Positions 39,286-54,000 of a DNA stretch of 64,000 nucleotides are shown piece by piece. The notes under the pieces were generated by a model that worked only from the letters and a program-made list of their open reading frames with translations, was not told the DNA's origin and made no database searches. The position numbers and the translations under genes were made by a program. Position 1 is the stretch's first letter, and each line of letters begins with the position of its first letter. The DNA comes from Auanema rhodensis (taxonomy: Eukaryota > Animalia > Nematoda): positions 17,236,001-17,300,000 of the forward strand of contig OZ059899.1 of the NCBI GenBank assembly GCA_964057225.1, read 5' to 3'.

Positions 39286-42200
39286 TTGAAAAATGATGCA
39301 TTAGTGTATGTTGAGTTTCCATGTACACTCAACATTGCTTCCAAAAACATTTTGACAAAAATTTTTTCGAAAAATTTCAAAATAATTTCGCAAAAAGTAA
39401 ATGTTTTTAGATTCCTTTTTTCAAGGCAAAGACGATGGACAATGTTATTCAACGAAAAAATTAATTCTGCAGGGTGAAAATCGAGGATATAAGTGTGAAC
39501 TTATGTCAGTTGATATCTTGGTGCATTTTTAAGCTAGCGCAAATCTGATAACACAGATCGACGCAGTTTAAAAATCCGCATCAAATGCACTATACTACAT
39601 TGAGAAACGCTTAATACAAAAATTAGTTATGATCGTTTGAAAAATGATGCATTAGTGTATGTTGAGTTTCCATGTACACTCAACATTGCTTCCAAAAACA
39701 TTTTTACAAAAATTTTTCCGAAAAATTTCAAAATAATTTCGCAAAAAGTAGATGTTTTTAGATTCCTTTTTTCAAAGCAAAGACGATGGACAATGTTATT
39801 CAACGAAAAAATTAATTCTCCAGGGTGAAAATCGAGGATATAAGTGTGAACTTATATCAGTTGATATCTCGGTGCATTTTTAAGCTAGCGCAAATCTGAT
39901 AACACAGATCGACGCAGCTTACAAATCCGCATCGAATGCACTATACAACATTGAGAAACGCTTAATACAAAAATTAGTTATGATCGTTTGAAAAATGATG
40001 CATTAGTGTATGTTGAGTTTCCATGTACACTCAACATTGCTTCCAAAAACATTTTGACAAAAATTTTTTCGAAAAATTTCAAAATAATTTCGCAAAAAGT
40101 AGATGTTTTTAGATTCCTTTTTTCAAGGCAAAGACGATGGACAATGTTATTCAACGAAAAAATTAATTCTCCAGGGTGAAAATCGAGGATGTAAGTGTGA
40201 GCTTATATCAGTTGATATCTCGGTGCATTTTTAAGCTAGCGCAAATCTGATAACACAGATCGACGCAGCTTACAAATCCGCATCGAATGCACTATACAAC
40301 ATTGAGAAACGCTTAATACAAAAATTAGTTATGATCGTTTGAAAAATGATGCATTAGTGTATGTTGAGTTTCCATGTACACTCAACATTGCTTCCAAAAA
40401 CATTTTGACAAAAATTTTTTCGAAAAATTTCAAAATAATTTCGCAAAAAGTAAATGTTTTTAGATTCCTTTTTTTAAGGCAAAGACGATGGACAATGTTA
40501 TTCAACGAAAAAATTAATTCTGCAGGGTGAAAATCGAGGATATAAGTGTGAACTTATATCAGTTGATATCTCGGTGCATTTTTAAGCTAGCGCAAATCTG
40601 ATAACACAGATCGACGCAGTTTAAAAATCCGCATCGAATGCACTATACTACATTGAGAAACGCTTAATACAAAAATTAGTTATGATCGTTTGAAAAATGA
40701 TGCATTAGTGTATGTTGAGTTTCCATGTACACTCAACATTGCTTCCAAAAACATTTTTACAAAAATTTTTCCGAAAAATTTCAAAATAATTTCGCAAAAA
40801 GTAGATGTTTTTAGATTCCTTTTTTCAAAGCAAAGACGATGGACAATGTTATTCAACGAAAAAATTAATTCTCCAGGGTGAAAATCGAGGATGTAAGTGT
40901 GAGCTTATATCAGTTGATATCTCGGTGCATTTTTAAGCTAGCGCAAATCTGATAACACAGATCGACGCAGCTTACAAATCCGCATCGAATGCACTATACA
41001 ACATTAAGAAACGCTTAATACAAAAATTAGTTATGATCGTTTGAAAAATGATGCATTAGTGTATGTTGAGTTTCCATGTACACTCAACATTGCTTCCAAA
41101 AACATTTTGACAAAAATGTTTTCGAAAAATTTCAAAATAATTTCGCAAAAAGTAAATGTTTTTAAATTCCTTTTTTAAAGGCAAAGACGATGGACAATGT
41201 TATTCAACGAAAAAATTAATTCTGCAGGGTGAAAATCGAGGATATAAGTGTGAACTTATATCAGTTGATATCTCGGTGCATTTTTAAGCTAGCGCAAATC
41301 TGATAACACAGATCGACGCAGTTTAAAAATCCGCATCGAATGCACTATACTACATTGAGAAACGCTTAATACAAAAATTAGTTATGATCGTTTGAAAAAT
41401 GATGCATTAGTGTATGTTGAGTTTCCATGTACACTCAACATTGCTTCCAAAAACATTTTTACAAAAATTTTTCCGAAAAATTTCAAAATAATTTCGCAAA
41501 AAGTAGATGTTTTTAGATTCCTTTTTTCAAAGCAAAGACGATGGACAATGTTATTCAACGAAAAAATTAATTCTCCAGGGTGAAAATCGAGGATATAAGT
41601 GTGAGCTTATATCAGTTGATATCTCGGTGCATTTTTAAGCTAGCGCAAATCTGATAACACAGATCGACGCAGCTTACAAATTCGCATCGAATGCACTATA
41701 CAACATTGAGAAACGCTTAATACAAAAATTAGTTATGATCGTTTGAAAAATGATGCATTAGTGTATGTTGAGTTTCCATGTACACTCAACATTGCTTCCA
41801 AAAACATTTTGACAAAAATTTTTTCGAAAAATTTCAAAATAATTTCGCAAAAAGTAAATGTTTTTAGATTCCTTTTTTTAAGGCAAAGACGATGGACAAT
41901 GTTATTCAACGAAAAAATTAATTCTGCAGGGTGAAAATCGAGGATATAAGTGTGAACTTATATCAGTTGATATCTCGGTGCATTTTTAAGCTAGCGCAAA
42001 TCTGATAACACAGATCGACGCAGTTTAAAAATCCGCATCGAATGCACTATACTACATTGAGAAACGCTTAATACAAAAATTAGTTATGATCGTTTGAAAA
42101 ATGATGCATTAGTGTATGTTGAGTTTCCATGTACACTCAACATTGCTTCCAAAAACATTTTTACAAAAATTTTTCCGAAAAATTTCAAAATAATTTCGCA

Positions 42201-45200
42201 AAAAGTAGATGTTTTTAGATTCCTTTTTTCAAAGCAAAGACGATGGACAATGTTATTCAACGAAAAAATTAATTCTCCAGGGTGAAAATCGAGGATATAA
42301 GTGTGAGCTTATATCAGTTGATATCTCGGTGCATTTTTAAGCTAGCGCAAATCTGATAACACAGATCGACGCAGCTTACAAATCCGCATCGAATGCACTA
42401 TACAACATTAAGAAACGCTTAATACAAAAATTAGTTATGATCGTTTGAAAAATGATGCATTAGTGTATGTTGAGTTTCCATGTACACTCAACATTGCTTC
42501 CAAAAACATTTTGACAAAAATGTTTTCGAAAAATTTCAAAATAATTTCGCAAAAAGTAAATGTTTTTAGATTCCTTTTTTTAAGGCAAAGACGATGGACA
42601 ATGTTATTCAACGAAAAAATTAATTCTGCAGGGTGAAAATCGAGGATATAAGTGTGAACTTATATCAGTTGATATCTCGGTGCATTTTTAAGCTAGCGCA
42701 AATCTGATAACACAGATCGACGCAGTTTAAAAATCCGCATCGAATGCACTATACTACATTGAGAAACGCTTAATACAAAAATTAGTTATGATCGTTTGAA
42801 AAATGATGCATTAGTGTATGTTGAGTTTCCATGTACACTCAACATTGCTTCCAAAAACATTTTACAAAAATTTTTCCGAAAAATTTCAAAATAATTTCGC
42901 AAAAAGTAGATGTTTTTAGATTCCTTTTTTCAAAGCAAAGACGATGGACAATGTTATTCAACGAAAAAATTAATTCTCCAGGGTGAAAATCGAGGATATA
43001 AGTGTGAACTTATATCAGTTGATATCTCGGTGCATTTTTAAGCTAGCGCAAATCTGATAACACAGATCGACGCAGCTTACAAATCCGCATCGAATGCACT
43101 ATACAACATTGAGAAACGCTTAATACAAAAATTAGTTATGATCGTTTGAAAAATGATGCATTAGTGTATGTTGAGTTTCCATGTACACTCAACATTGCTT
43201 CCAAAAACATTTTGACAAAAATTTTTTCGAAAAATTTCAAAATAATTTCGCAAAAAGTAGATGTTTTTAGATTCCTTTTTTCAAGGCAAAGACGATGGAC
43301 AATGTTATTCAACGAAAAAATTAATTCTCCAGGGTGAAAATCGAGGATGTAAGTGTGAGCTTATATCAGTTGATATCTCGGTGCATTTTTAAGCTAGCGC
43401 AAATCTGATAACACAGATCGACGCAGTTTAAAAATCCGCATCGAATGCACTATACTACATTGAGAAACGCTTAATACAAAAATTAGTTATGATCGTTTGA
43501 AAAATGATGCATTAGTGTATGTTGAGTTTCCATGTACACTCAACATTGCTTCCAAAAACATTTTGACAAAAATGTTTTCGAAAAATTTCAAAATAATTTC
43601 GCAAAAAGTAAATGTTTTTAGATTCCTTTTTTTAAGGCAAAGACGATGGACAATGTTATTCAACGAAAAAATTAATTCTGCAGGGTGAAAATCGAGGATA
43701 TAAGTGTGAACTTATATCAGTTGATATCTCGGTGCATTTTTAAGCTAGCGCAAATCTGATAACACAGATCGACGCAGTTTAAAAATCCGCATCGAATGCA
43801 CTATACTACATTGAGAAACGCTTAATACAAAAATTAGTTATGATCGTTTGAAAAATGATGCATTAGTGTATGTTGAGTTTCCATGTACACTCACCATTGC
43901 TTCCAAAAACATTTTTACAAAAATTTTTCCGAAAAATTTCAAAATAATTTCGCAAAAAGTAGATGTTTTTAGATTCCTTTTTTCAAAGCAGAGACGATGG
44001 ACAATGTTATTCAACGAAAAAATTAATTCTCCAGGGTGAAAATCGAGGATATAAGTGTGAACTTATATCAGTTGATATCTCGGTGCATTTTTAAGCTAGC
44101 GCAAATCTGATAACACAGATCGACGCAGCTTACAAATCCGCATCGAATGCACTATACAACATTGAGAAACGCTTAATACAAAAATTAGTTATGATCGTTT
44201 GAAAAATGATGCATTAGTGTATGTTGAGTTTCCATGTACACTCAACATTGCTTCCAAAAACATTTTGACAAAAATTTTTTCGAAAAATTTCAAAATAATT
44301 TCGCAAAAAGTAGATGTTTTTAGATTCCTTTTTTCAAGGCAAAGACGATGGACAATGTTATTCAACGAAAAAATTAATTCTCCAGGGTGAAAATCGAGGA
44401 TGTAAGTGTGAGCTTATATCAGTTGATATCTCGGTGCATTTTTAAGCTAGCGCAAATCTGATAACACAGATCGACGCAGTTTAAAAATCCGCATCGAATG
44501 CACTATACTACATTGAGAAACGCTTAATACAAAAATTAGTTATGATCGTTTGAAAAATGATGCATTAGTGTATGTTGAGTTTCCATGTACACTCAACATT
44601 GCTTCCAAAAACATTTTGACAAAAATTTTTTCGAAAAATTTCAAAATAATTTCGCAAAAAGTAAATGTTTTTAGATTCCTTTTTTTAAGGCAAAGACGAT
44701 GGACAATGTTATTCAACGAAAAAATTAATTCTGCAGGGTGAAAATCGAGGATGTAAGTGTGAGCTTATATCAGTTGATATCTCGGTGCATTTTTAAGCTA
44801 GCGCAAATCTGATAACACAGATCGACGCAGCTTACAAATCCGCATCGAATGCACTATACAACATTGAGAAACGCTTAATACAAAAATTAGTTATGATCGT
44901 TTGAAAAATGATGCATTAGTGTATGTTGAGTTTCCATGTACACTCAACATTGCTTCCAAAAACATTTTGACAAAAATTTTTTCGAAAAATTTCAAAATAA
45001 TTTCGCAAAAAGTAAATGTTTTTAGATTCCTTTTTTAAAGGCAAAGACGATGGACAATGTTATTCAACGAAAAAATTAATTCTGCAGGGTGAAAATCGAG
45101 GATATAAGTGTGAACTTATATCAGTTGATATCTCGGTGCATTTTTAAGCTAGCGCAAATCTGATAACACAGATCGACGCAGTTTAAAAATCCGCATCGAA

Positions 45201-48059
45201 TGCACTATACTACATTGAGAAACGCTTAATACAAAAATTAGTTATGATCGTTTGAAAAATGATGCATTAGTGTATGTTGAGTTTCCATGTACACTCAACA
45301 TTGCTTCCAAAAACATTTTTACAAAAATTTTTCCGAAAAATTTCAAAATAATTTCGCAAAAAGTAGATGTTTTTAGATTCCTTTTTTCAAGGCAAAGACG
45401 ATGGACAATGTTATTCAACGAAAAAATTAATTCTCCAGGGTGAAAATCGAGGATGTAAGTGTGAGCTTATATCAGTTGATATCTCGGTGCATTTTTAAGC
45501 TAGCGCAAATCTGATAACACAGATCGACGCAGCTTACAAATCCGCATCGAATGCACTATACAACATTGAAAAACGCTTAATACAAAAATTAGTTATGATC
45601 GTTTGAAAAATGATGCATTAGTGTATGTTGAGTTTCCATGTACACTCAACATTGCTTCCAAAAACATTTTTACAAAAATTTTTCCGAAAAATTTCAAAAT
45701 AATTTCGCAAAAAGTAGATGTTTTTAGATTCCTTTTTTCAAGGCAAAGACGATGGACAATGTTATTCAACGAAAAAATTAATTCTCCAGGGTGAAAATCG
45801 AGGATGTAAGTGTGAGCTTATATCAGTTGATATCTCGGTGCATTTTTAAGCTAGCGCAAATCTGATAACACAGATCGACGCAGTTTAAAAATCCGCATCG
45901 AATGCACTATACAACATTGAGAAACGCTTAATACAAAAATTAGTTATGATCGTTTGAAAAATGATGCATTAGTGTATGTTGAGTTTCCATGTACACTCAA
46001 CATTGCTTCCAAAAACATTTTTACAAAAATTTTTCCGAAAAATTTCAAAATAATTTCGCAAAAAGTAGATGTTTTTAGATTTCTTTTTTCAAGGCAAAGA
46101 CGATGGACAATGTTATTCAACGAAAAAATTAATTCTGCAGGGTGAAAATCGAGGATATAAGTGTGAACTTATATCAGTTGATATCTCGGTGCATTTTTAA
46201 GCTAGCGCAAATCTGATAACACAGATCGACGCAGTTTAAAAATCCGCATCGAATGCACTATACTACATTGAGAAACGCTTAATACAAAAATTAGTTATGA
46301 TCGTTTGAAAAATGATGCATTAGTGTATGTTGAGTTTCCATGTACACTCAACATTGCTTCCAAAAACATTTTTACAAAAATTTTTCCGAAAAATTTCAAA
46401 ATAATTTCGCAAAAAGTAGATGTTTTTAGATTCCTTTTTTCAAGGCAAAGACGATGGACAATGTTATTCAACGAAAAAATTAATTCTCCAGGGTGAAAAT
46501 CGAGGATGTAAGTGTGAGCTTATATCAGTTGATATCTCGGTGCATTTTTAAGCTAGCGCAAATCTGATAACACAGATCGACGCAGTTTAAAAATCCGCAT
46601 CGAATGCACTATACTACATTGAGAAACGCTTAATACAAAAATTAGTTATGATCGTTTGAAAAATGATGCATTAGTGTATGTTGAGTTTCCATGTACACTC
46701 AACATTGCTTCCAAAAACATTTTGACAAAAATTTTTCCGAAAAATTTCAAAATAATTTCGCAAAAAGTAGATGTTTTTAGATTCCTTTTTTCAAGGCAAA
46801 GACGATGGACAATGTTATTCAACGAAAAAATTAATTCTCCAGGGTGAAAATCGAGGATGTAAGTGTGAGCTTATATCAGTTGATATCTCGGTGCATTTTT
46901 AAGCTAGCGCAAATCTGATAACACAGATCGACGCAGTTTAAAAATCCGCATCGAATGCACTATACAACATTGAGAAACGCTTAATACAAAAATTAGTTAT
47001 GATCGTTTGAAAAATGATGCATTAGTGTATGTTGAGTTTCCATGTACACTCAACATTGCTTCCAAAAACATTTTTACAAAAATTTTTCCGAAAAATTTCA
47101 AAATAATTTCGCAAAAAGTAGATGTTTTTAGATTTCTTTTTTCAAGGCAAAGACGATGGACAATGTTATTCAACGAAAAAATTAATTCTGCAGGGTGAAA
47201 ATCGAGGATATAAGTGTGAACTTATATCAGTTGATATCTCGGTGCATTTTTAAGCTAGCGCAAATCTGATAACACAGATCGACGCAGTTTAAAAATCCGC
47301 ATCGAATGCACTATACTACATTGAGAAACGCTTAATACAAAAATTAGTTATGATCGTTTGAAAAATGATGCATTAGTGTATGTTGAGTTTCCATGTACAC
47401 TCAACATTGCTTCCAAAAACATTTTTACAAAAATTTTTCCGAAAAATTTCAAAATAATTTCGCAAAAAGTAGATGTTTTTAGATTCCTTTTTTCAAGGCA
47501 AAGACGATGGACAATGTTATTCAACGAAAAAATTAATTCTCCAGGGTGAAAATCGAGGATGTAAGTGTGAGCTTATATCAGTTGATATCTCGGTGCATTT
47601 TTAAGCTAGCGCAAATCTGATAACACAGATCGACGCAGTTTAAAAATCCGCATCGAATGCACTATACTACATTGAGAAACGCTTAATACAAAAATTAGTT
47701 ATGATCGTTTGAAAAATGATGCATTAGTGTATGTTGAGTTTCCATGTACACTCAACATTGCTTCCAAAAACATTTTGACAAAAATTTTTTCGAAAAATTT
47801 CAAAATAATTTCGCAAAAAGTAAATGTTTTTAGATTCCTTTTTTTAAGGCAAAGACGATGGACAATGTTATTCAACGAAAAAATTAATTCTGCAGGGTGA
47901 AAATCGAGGATATAAGTGTGAACTTATATCAGTTGATATCTCGGTGCATTTTTAAGCTAGCGCAAATCTGATAACACAGATCGACGCAGTTTAAAAATCC
48001 GCATCGAATGCACTATACAACATTGAGAAACGCTTAATACAAAAATTAGTTATGATCGT

Positions 48060-51000
48060 TTGAAAAATGATGCATTAGTGTATGTTGAGTTTCCATGTAC
48101 ACTCAACATTGCTTCCAAAAACATTTTTACAAAAATTTTTCCGAAAAATTTCAAAATAATTTCGCAAAAAGTAGATGTTTTTAGATTCCTTTTTTCAAGG
48201 CAAAGACGATGGACAATGTTATTCAACGAAAAAATTAATTCTCCAGGGTGAAAATCGAGGATGTAAGTGTGAGCTTATATCAGTTGATATCTCGGTGCAT
48301 TTTTAAGCTAGCGCAAATCTGATAACACAGATCGACGCAGCTTACAAATCCGCATCGAATGCACTATACAACATTGAGAAACGCTTAATACAAAAATTAG
48401 TTATGATCGTTTGAAAAATGATGCATTAGTGTATGTTGAGTTTCCATGTACACTCAACATTGCTTCCAAAAACATTTTGACAAAAAGTTTTTCGAAAAAT
48501 TTCAAAATAATTTCGCAAAAAGTAAATGTTTTTAGATTCCTTTTTTTAAGGCAAAGACGATGGACAATGTTATTCAACGAAAAAATTAATTCTGCAGGGT
48601 GAAAATCGAGGATGTAAGTGTGAGCTTATATCAGTTGATATCTCGGTGCATTTTTAAGCTAGCGCAAATCTGATAACACAGATCGACGCAGCTTACAAAT
48701 CCGCATCGAATGCACTATACAACATTGAGAAACGCTTAATACAAAAATTAGTTATGATCGTTTGAAAAATGATGCATTAGTGTATGTTGAGTTTCCATGT
48801 ACACTCAACATTGCTTCCAAAAACATTTTGACAAAAAGTTTTTCGAAAAATTTCAAAATAATTTCGCAAAAAGTAAATGTTTTTAGATTCCTTTTTTAAA
48901 GGCAAAGACGATGGACAATGTTATTCAACGAAAAAATTAATTCTGCAGGGTGAAAATCGAGGATATAAGTGTGAACTTATATCAGTTGATATCTCGGTGC
49001 ATTTTTAAGCTAGCGCAAATCTGATAACACAGATCGACGCAGTTTAAAAATCCGCATCGAATGCACTATACTACATTGAGAAACGCTTAATACAAAAATT
49101 AGTTATGATCGTTTGAAAAATGATGCATTAGTGTATGTTGAGTTTCCATGTACACTCAACATTGCTTCCAAAAACATTTTTACAAAAATTTTTCCGAAAA
49201 ATTTCAAAATAATTTCGCAAAAAGTAGATGTTTTAAGATTCCTTTTTTCAAGGCAAAGACGATGGACAATGTTATTCAACGAAAAAATTAATTCTGCAGG
49301 GTGAAAATCGAGGATATAAGTGTGAACTTATATCAGTTGATATCTCGGTGCATTTTTAAGCTAGCGCAAATCTGATAACACAGATCGACGCAGTTTAAAA
49401 ATCCGCATCGAATGCACTATACTACATTGAGAAACGCTTAATACAAAAATTAGTTATGATCGTTTGAAAAATGATGCATTAGTGTATGTTGAGTTTCCAT
49501 GTACACTCAACATTGCTTCCAAAAACATTTTTACAAAAATTTTTCCGAAAAATTTCAAAATAATTTCGCAAAAAGTAGATGTTTTTAGATTCCTTTTTTC
49601 AAGGCAAAGACGATGGACAATGTTATTCAACGAAAAAATTAATTCTCCAGGGTGAAAATCGAGGATGTAAGTGTGAGCTTATATCAGTTGATATCTCGGT
49701 GCATTTTTAAGCTAGCGCAAATCTGATAACACAGATCGACGCAGCTTACAAATCCGCATCGAATGCACTATACAACATTGAGAAACGCTTAATACAAAAA
49801 TTAGTTATGATCGTTTGAAAAATGATGCATTAGTGTATGTTGAGTTTCCATGTACACTCAACATTGCTTCCAAAAACATTTTGACAAAAAGTTTTTCGAA
49901 AAATTTCAAAATAATTTCGCAAAAAGTAAATGTTTTTAGATTCCTTTTTTTAAGGCAAAGACGATGGACAATGTTATTCAACGAAAAAATTAATTCTGCA
50001 GGGTGAAAATCGAGGATGTAAGTGTGAGCTTATATCAGTTGATATCTCGGTGCATTTTTAAGCTAGCGCAAATCTGATAACACAGATCGACGCAGCTTAC
50101 AAATCCGCATCGAATGCACTATACAACATTGAGAAACGCTTAATACAAAAATTAGTTATGATCGTTTGAAAAATGATGCATTAGTGTATGTTGAGTTTCC
50201 ATGTACACTCAACATTGCTTCCAAAAACATTTTGACAAAAAGTTTTTCGAAAAATTTCAAAATAATTTCGCAAAAAGTAAATGTTTTTAGATTCCTTTTT
50301 TAAAGGCAAAGACGATGGACAATGTTATTCAACGAAAAAATTAATTCTGCAGGGTGAAAATCGAGGATATAAGTGTGAACTTATATCAGTTGATATCTCG
50401 GTGCATTTTTAAGCTAGCGCAAATCTGATAACACAGATCGACGCAGTTTAAAAATCCGCATCGAATGCACTATACTACATTGAGAAACGCTTAATACAAA
50501 AATTAGTTATGATCGTTTGAAAAATGATGCATTAGTGTATGTTGAGTTTCCATGTACACTCAACATTGCTTCCAAAAACATTTTTACAAAAATTTTTCCG
50601 AAAAATTTCAAAATAATTTCGCAAAAAGTAGATGTTTTAAGATTCCTTTTTTCAAGGCAAAGACGATGGACAATGTTATTCAACGAAAAAATTAATTCTG
50701 CAGGGTGAAAATCGAGGATATAAGTGTGAACTTATATCAGTTGATATCTCGGTGCATTTTTAAGCTAGCGCAAATCTGATAACACAGATCGACGCAGTTT
50801 AAAAATCCGCATCGAATGCACTATACTACATTGAGAAACGCTTAATACAAAAATTAGTTATGATCGTTTGAAAAATGATGCATTAGTGTATGTTGAGTTT
50901 CCATGTACACTCAACATTGCTTCCAAAAACATTTTTACAAAAATTTTTCCGAAAAATTTCAAAATAATTTCGCAAAAAGTAGATGTTTTTAGATTCCTTT

Positions 51001-54000
51001 TTTCAAGGCAAAGACGATGGACAATGTTATTCAACGAAAAAATTAATTCTCCAGGGTGAAAATCGAGGATGTAAGTGTGAGCTTATATCAGTTGATATCT
51101 CGGTGCATTTTTAAGCTAGCGCAAATCTGATAACACAGATCGACGCAGCTTACAAATCCGCATCGAATGCACTATACAACATTGAAAAACGCTTAATACA
51201 AAAATTAGTTATGATCGTTTGAAAAATGATGCATTAGTGTATGTTGAGTTTCCATGTACACTCAACATTGCTTCCAAAAACATTTTTACAAAAATTTTTC
51301 CGAAAAATTTCAAAATAATTTCGCAAAAAGTAGATGTTTTTAGATTCCTTTTTTCAAGGCAAAGACGATGGACAATGTTATTCAACGAAAAAATTAATTC
51401 TCCAGGGTGAAAATCGAGGATGTAAGTGTGAGCTTATATCAGTTGATATCTCGGTGCATTTTTAAGCTAGCGCAAATCTGATAACACAGATCGACGCAGT
51501 TTAAAAATCCGCATCGAATGCACTATACAACATTGAGAAACGCTTAATACAAAAATTAGTTATGATCGTTTGAAAAATGATGCATTAGTGTATGTTGAGT
51601 TTCCATGTACACTCAACATTGCTTCCAAAAACATTTTTACAAAAATTTTTCCGAAAAATTTCAAAATAATTTCGCAAAAAGTAGATGTTTTTAGATTTCT
51701 TTTTTCAAGGCAAAGACGATGGACAATGTTATTCAACGAAAAAATTAATTCTGCAGGGTGAAAATCGAGGATATAAGTGTGAACTTATATCAGTTGATAT
51801 CTCGGTGCATTTTTAAGCTAGCGCAAATCTGATAACACAGATCGACGCAGTTTAAAAATCCGCATCGAATGCACTATACTACATTGAGAAACGCTTAATA
51901 CAAAAATTAGTTATGATCGTTTGAAAAATGATGCATTAGTGTATGTTGAGTTTCCATGTACACTCAACATTGCTTCCAAAAACATTTTTACAAAAATTTT
52001 TCCGAAAAATTTCAAAATAATTTCGCAAAAAGTAGATGTTTTTAGATTCCTTTTTTCAAGGCAAAGACGATGGACAATGTTATTCAACGAAAAAATTAAT
52101 TCTCCAGGGTGAAAATCGAGGATGTAAGTGTGAGCTTATATCAGTTGATATCTCGGTGCATTTTTAAGCTAGCGCAAATCTGATAACACAGATCGACGCA
52201 GCTTACAAATCCGCATCGAATGCACTATACAACATTGAAAAACGCTTAATACAAAAATTAGTTATGATCGTTTGAAAAATGATGCATTAGTGTATGTTGA
52301 GTTTCCATGTACACTCAACATTGCTTCCAAAAACATTTTTACAAAAATTTTTCCGAAAAATTTCAAAATAATTTCGCAAAAAGTAGATGTTTTTAGATTC
52401 CTTTTTTCAAGGCAAAGACGATGGACAATGTTATTCAACGAAAAAATTAATTCTCCAGGGTGAAAATCGAGGATGTAAGTGTGAGCTTATATCAGTTGAT
52501 ATCTCGGTGCATTTTTAAGCTAGCGCAAATCTGATAACACAGATCGACGCAGTTTAAAAATCCGCATCGAATGCACTATACAACATTGAGAAACGCTTAA
52601 TACAAAAATTAGTTATGATCGTTTGAAAAATGATGCATTAGTGTATGTTGAGTTTCCATGTACACTCAACATTGCTTCCAAAAACATTTTTACAAAAATT
52701 TTTCCGAAAAATTTCAAAATAATTTCGCAAAAAGTAGATGTTTTTAGATTTCTTTTTTCAAGGCAAAGACGATGGACAATGTTATTCAACGAAAAAATTA
52801 ATTCTGCAGGGTGAAAATCGAGGATATAAGTGTGAACTTATATCAGTTGATATCTCGGTGCATTTTTAAGCTAGCGCAAATCTGATAACACAGATCGACG
52901 CAGTTTAAAAATCCGCATCGAATGCACTATACTACATTGAGAAACGCTTAATACAAAAATTAGTTATGATCGTTTGAAAAATGATGCATTAGTGTATGTT
53001 GAGTTTCCATGTACACTCAACATTGCTTCCAAAAACATTTTTACAAAAATTTTTCCGAAAAATTTCAAAATAATTTCGCAAAAAGTAGATGTTTTTAGAT
53101 TCCTTTTTTCAAGGCAAAGACGATGGACAATGTTATTCAACGAAAAAATTAATTCTCCAGGGTGAAAATCGAGGATGTAAGTGTGAGCTTATATCAGTTG
53201 ATATCTCGGTGCATTTTTAAGCTAGCGCAAATCTGATAACACAGATCGACGCAGCTTACAAATCCGCATCGAATGCACTATACAACATTGAGAAACGCTT
53301 AATACAAAAATTAGTTATGATCGTTTGAAAAATGATGCATTAGTGTATGTTGAGTTTCCATGTACACTCAACATTGCTTCCAAAAACATTTTGACAAAAA
53401 GTTTTTCGAAAAATTTCAAAATAATTTCGCAAAAAGTAAATGTTTTTAGATTCCTTTTTTTAAGGCAAAGACGATGGACAATGTTATTCAACGAAAAAAT
53501 TAATTCTGCAGGGTGAAAATCGAGGATATAAGTGTGAACTTATATCAGTTGATATCTCGGTGCATTTTTAAGCTAGCGCAAATCTGATAACACAGATCGA
53601 CGCAGTTTAAAAATCCGCATCGAATGCACTATACTACATTGAGAAACGCTTAATACAAAAATTAGTTATGATCGTTTGAAAAATGATGCATTAGTGTATG
53701 TTGAGTTTCCATGTACACTCAACATTGCTTCCAAAAACATTTTTACAAAAATTTTTCCGAAAAATTTCAAAATAATTTCGCAAAAAGTAGATGTTTTAAG
53801 ATTCCTTTTTTCAAGGCAAAGACGATGGACAATGTTATTCAACGAAAAAATTAATTCTCCAGGGTGAAAATCGAGGATGTAAGTGTGAGCTTATATCAGT
53901 TGATATCTCGGTGCATTTTTAAGCTAGCGCAAATCTGATAACACAGATCGACGCAGCTTACAAATCCGCATCGAATGCACTATACAACATTGAGAAACGC

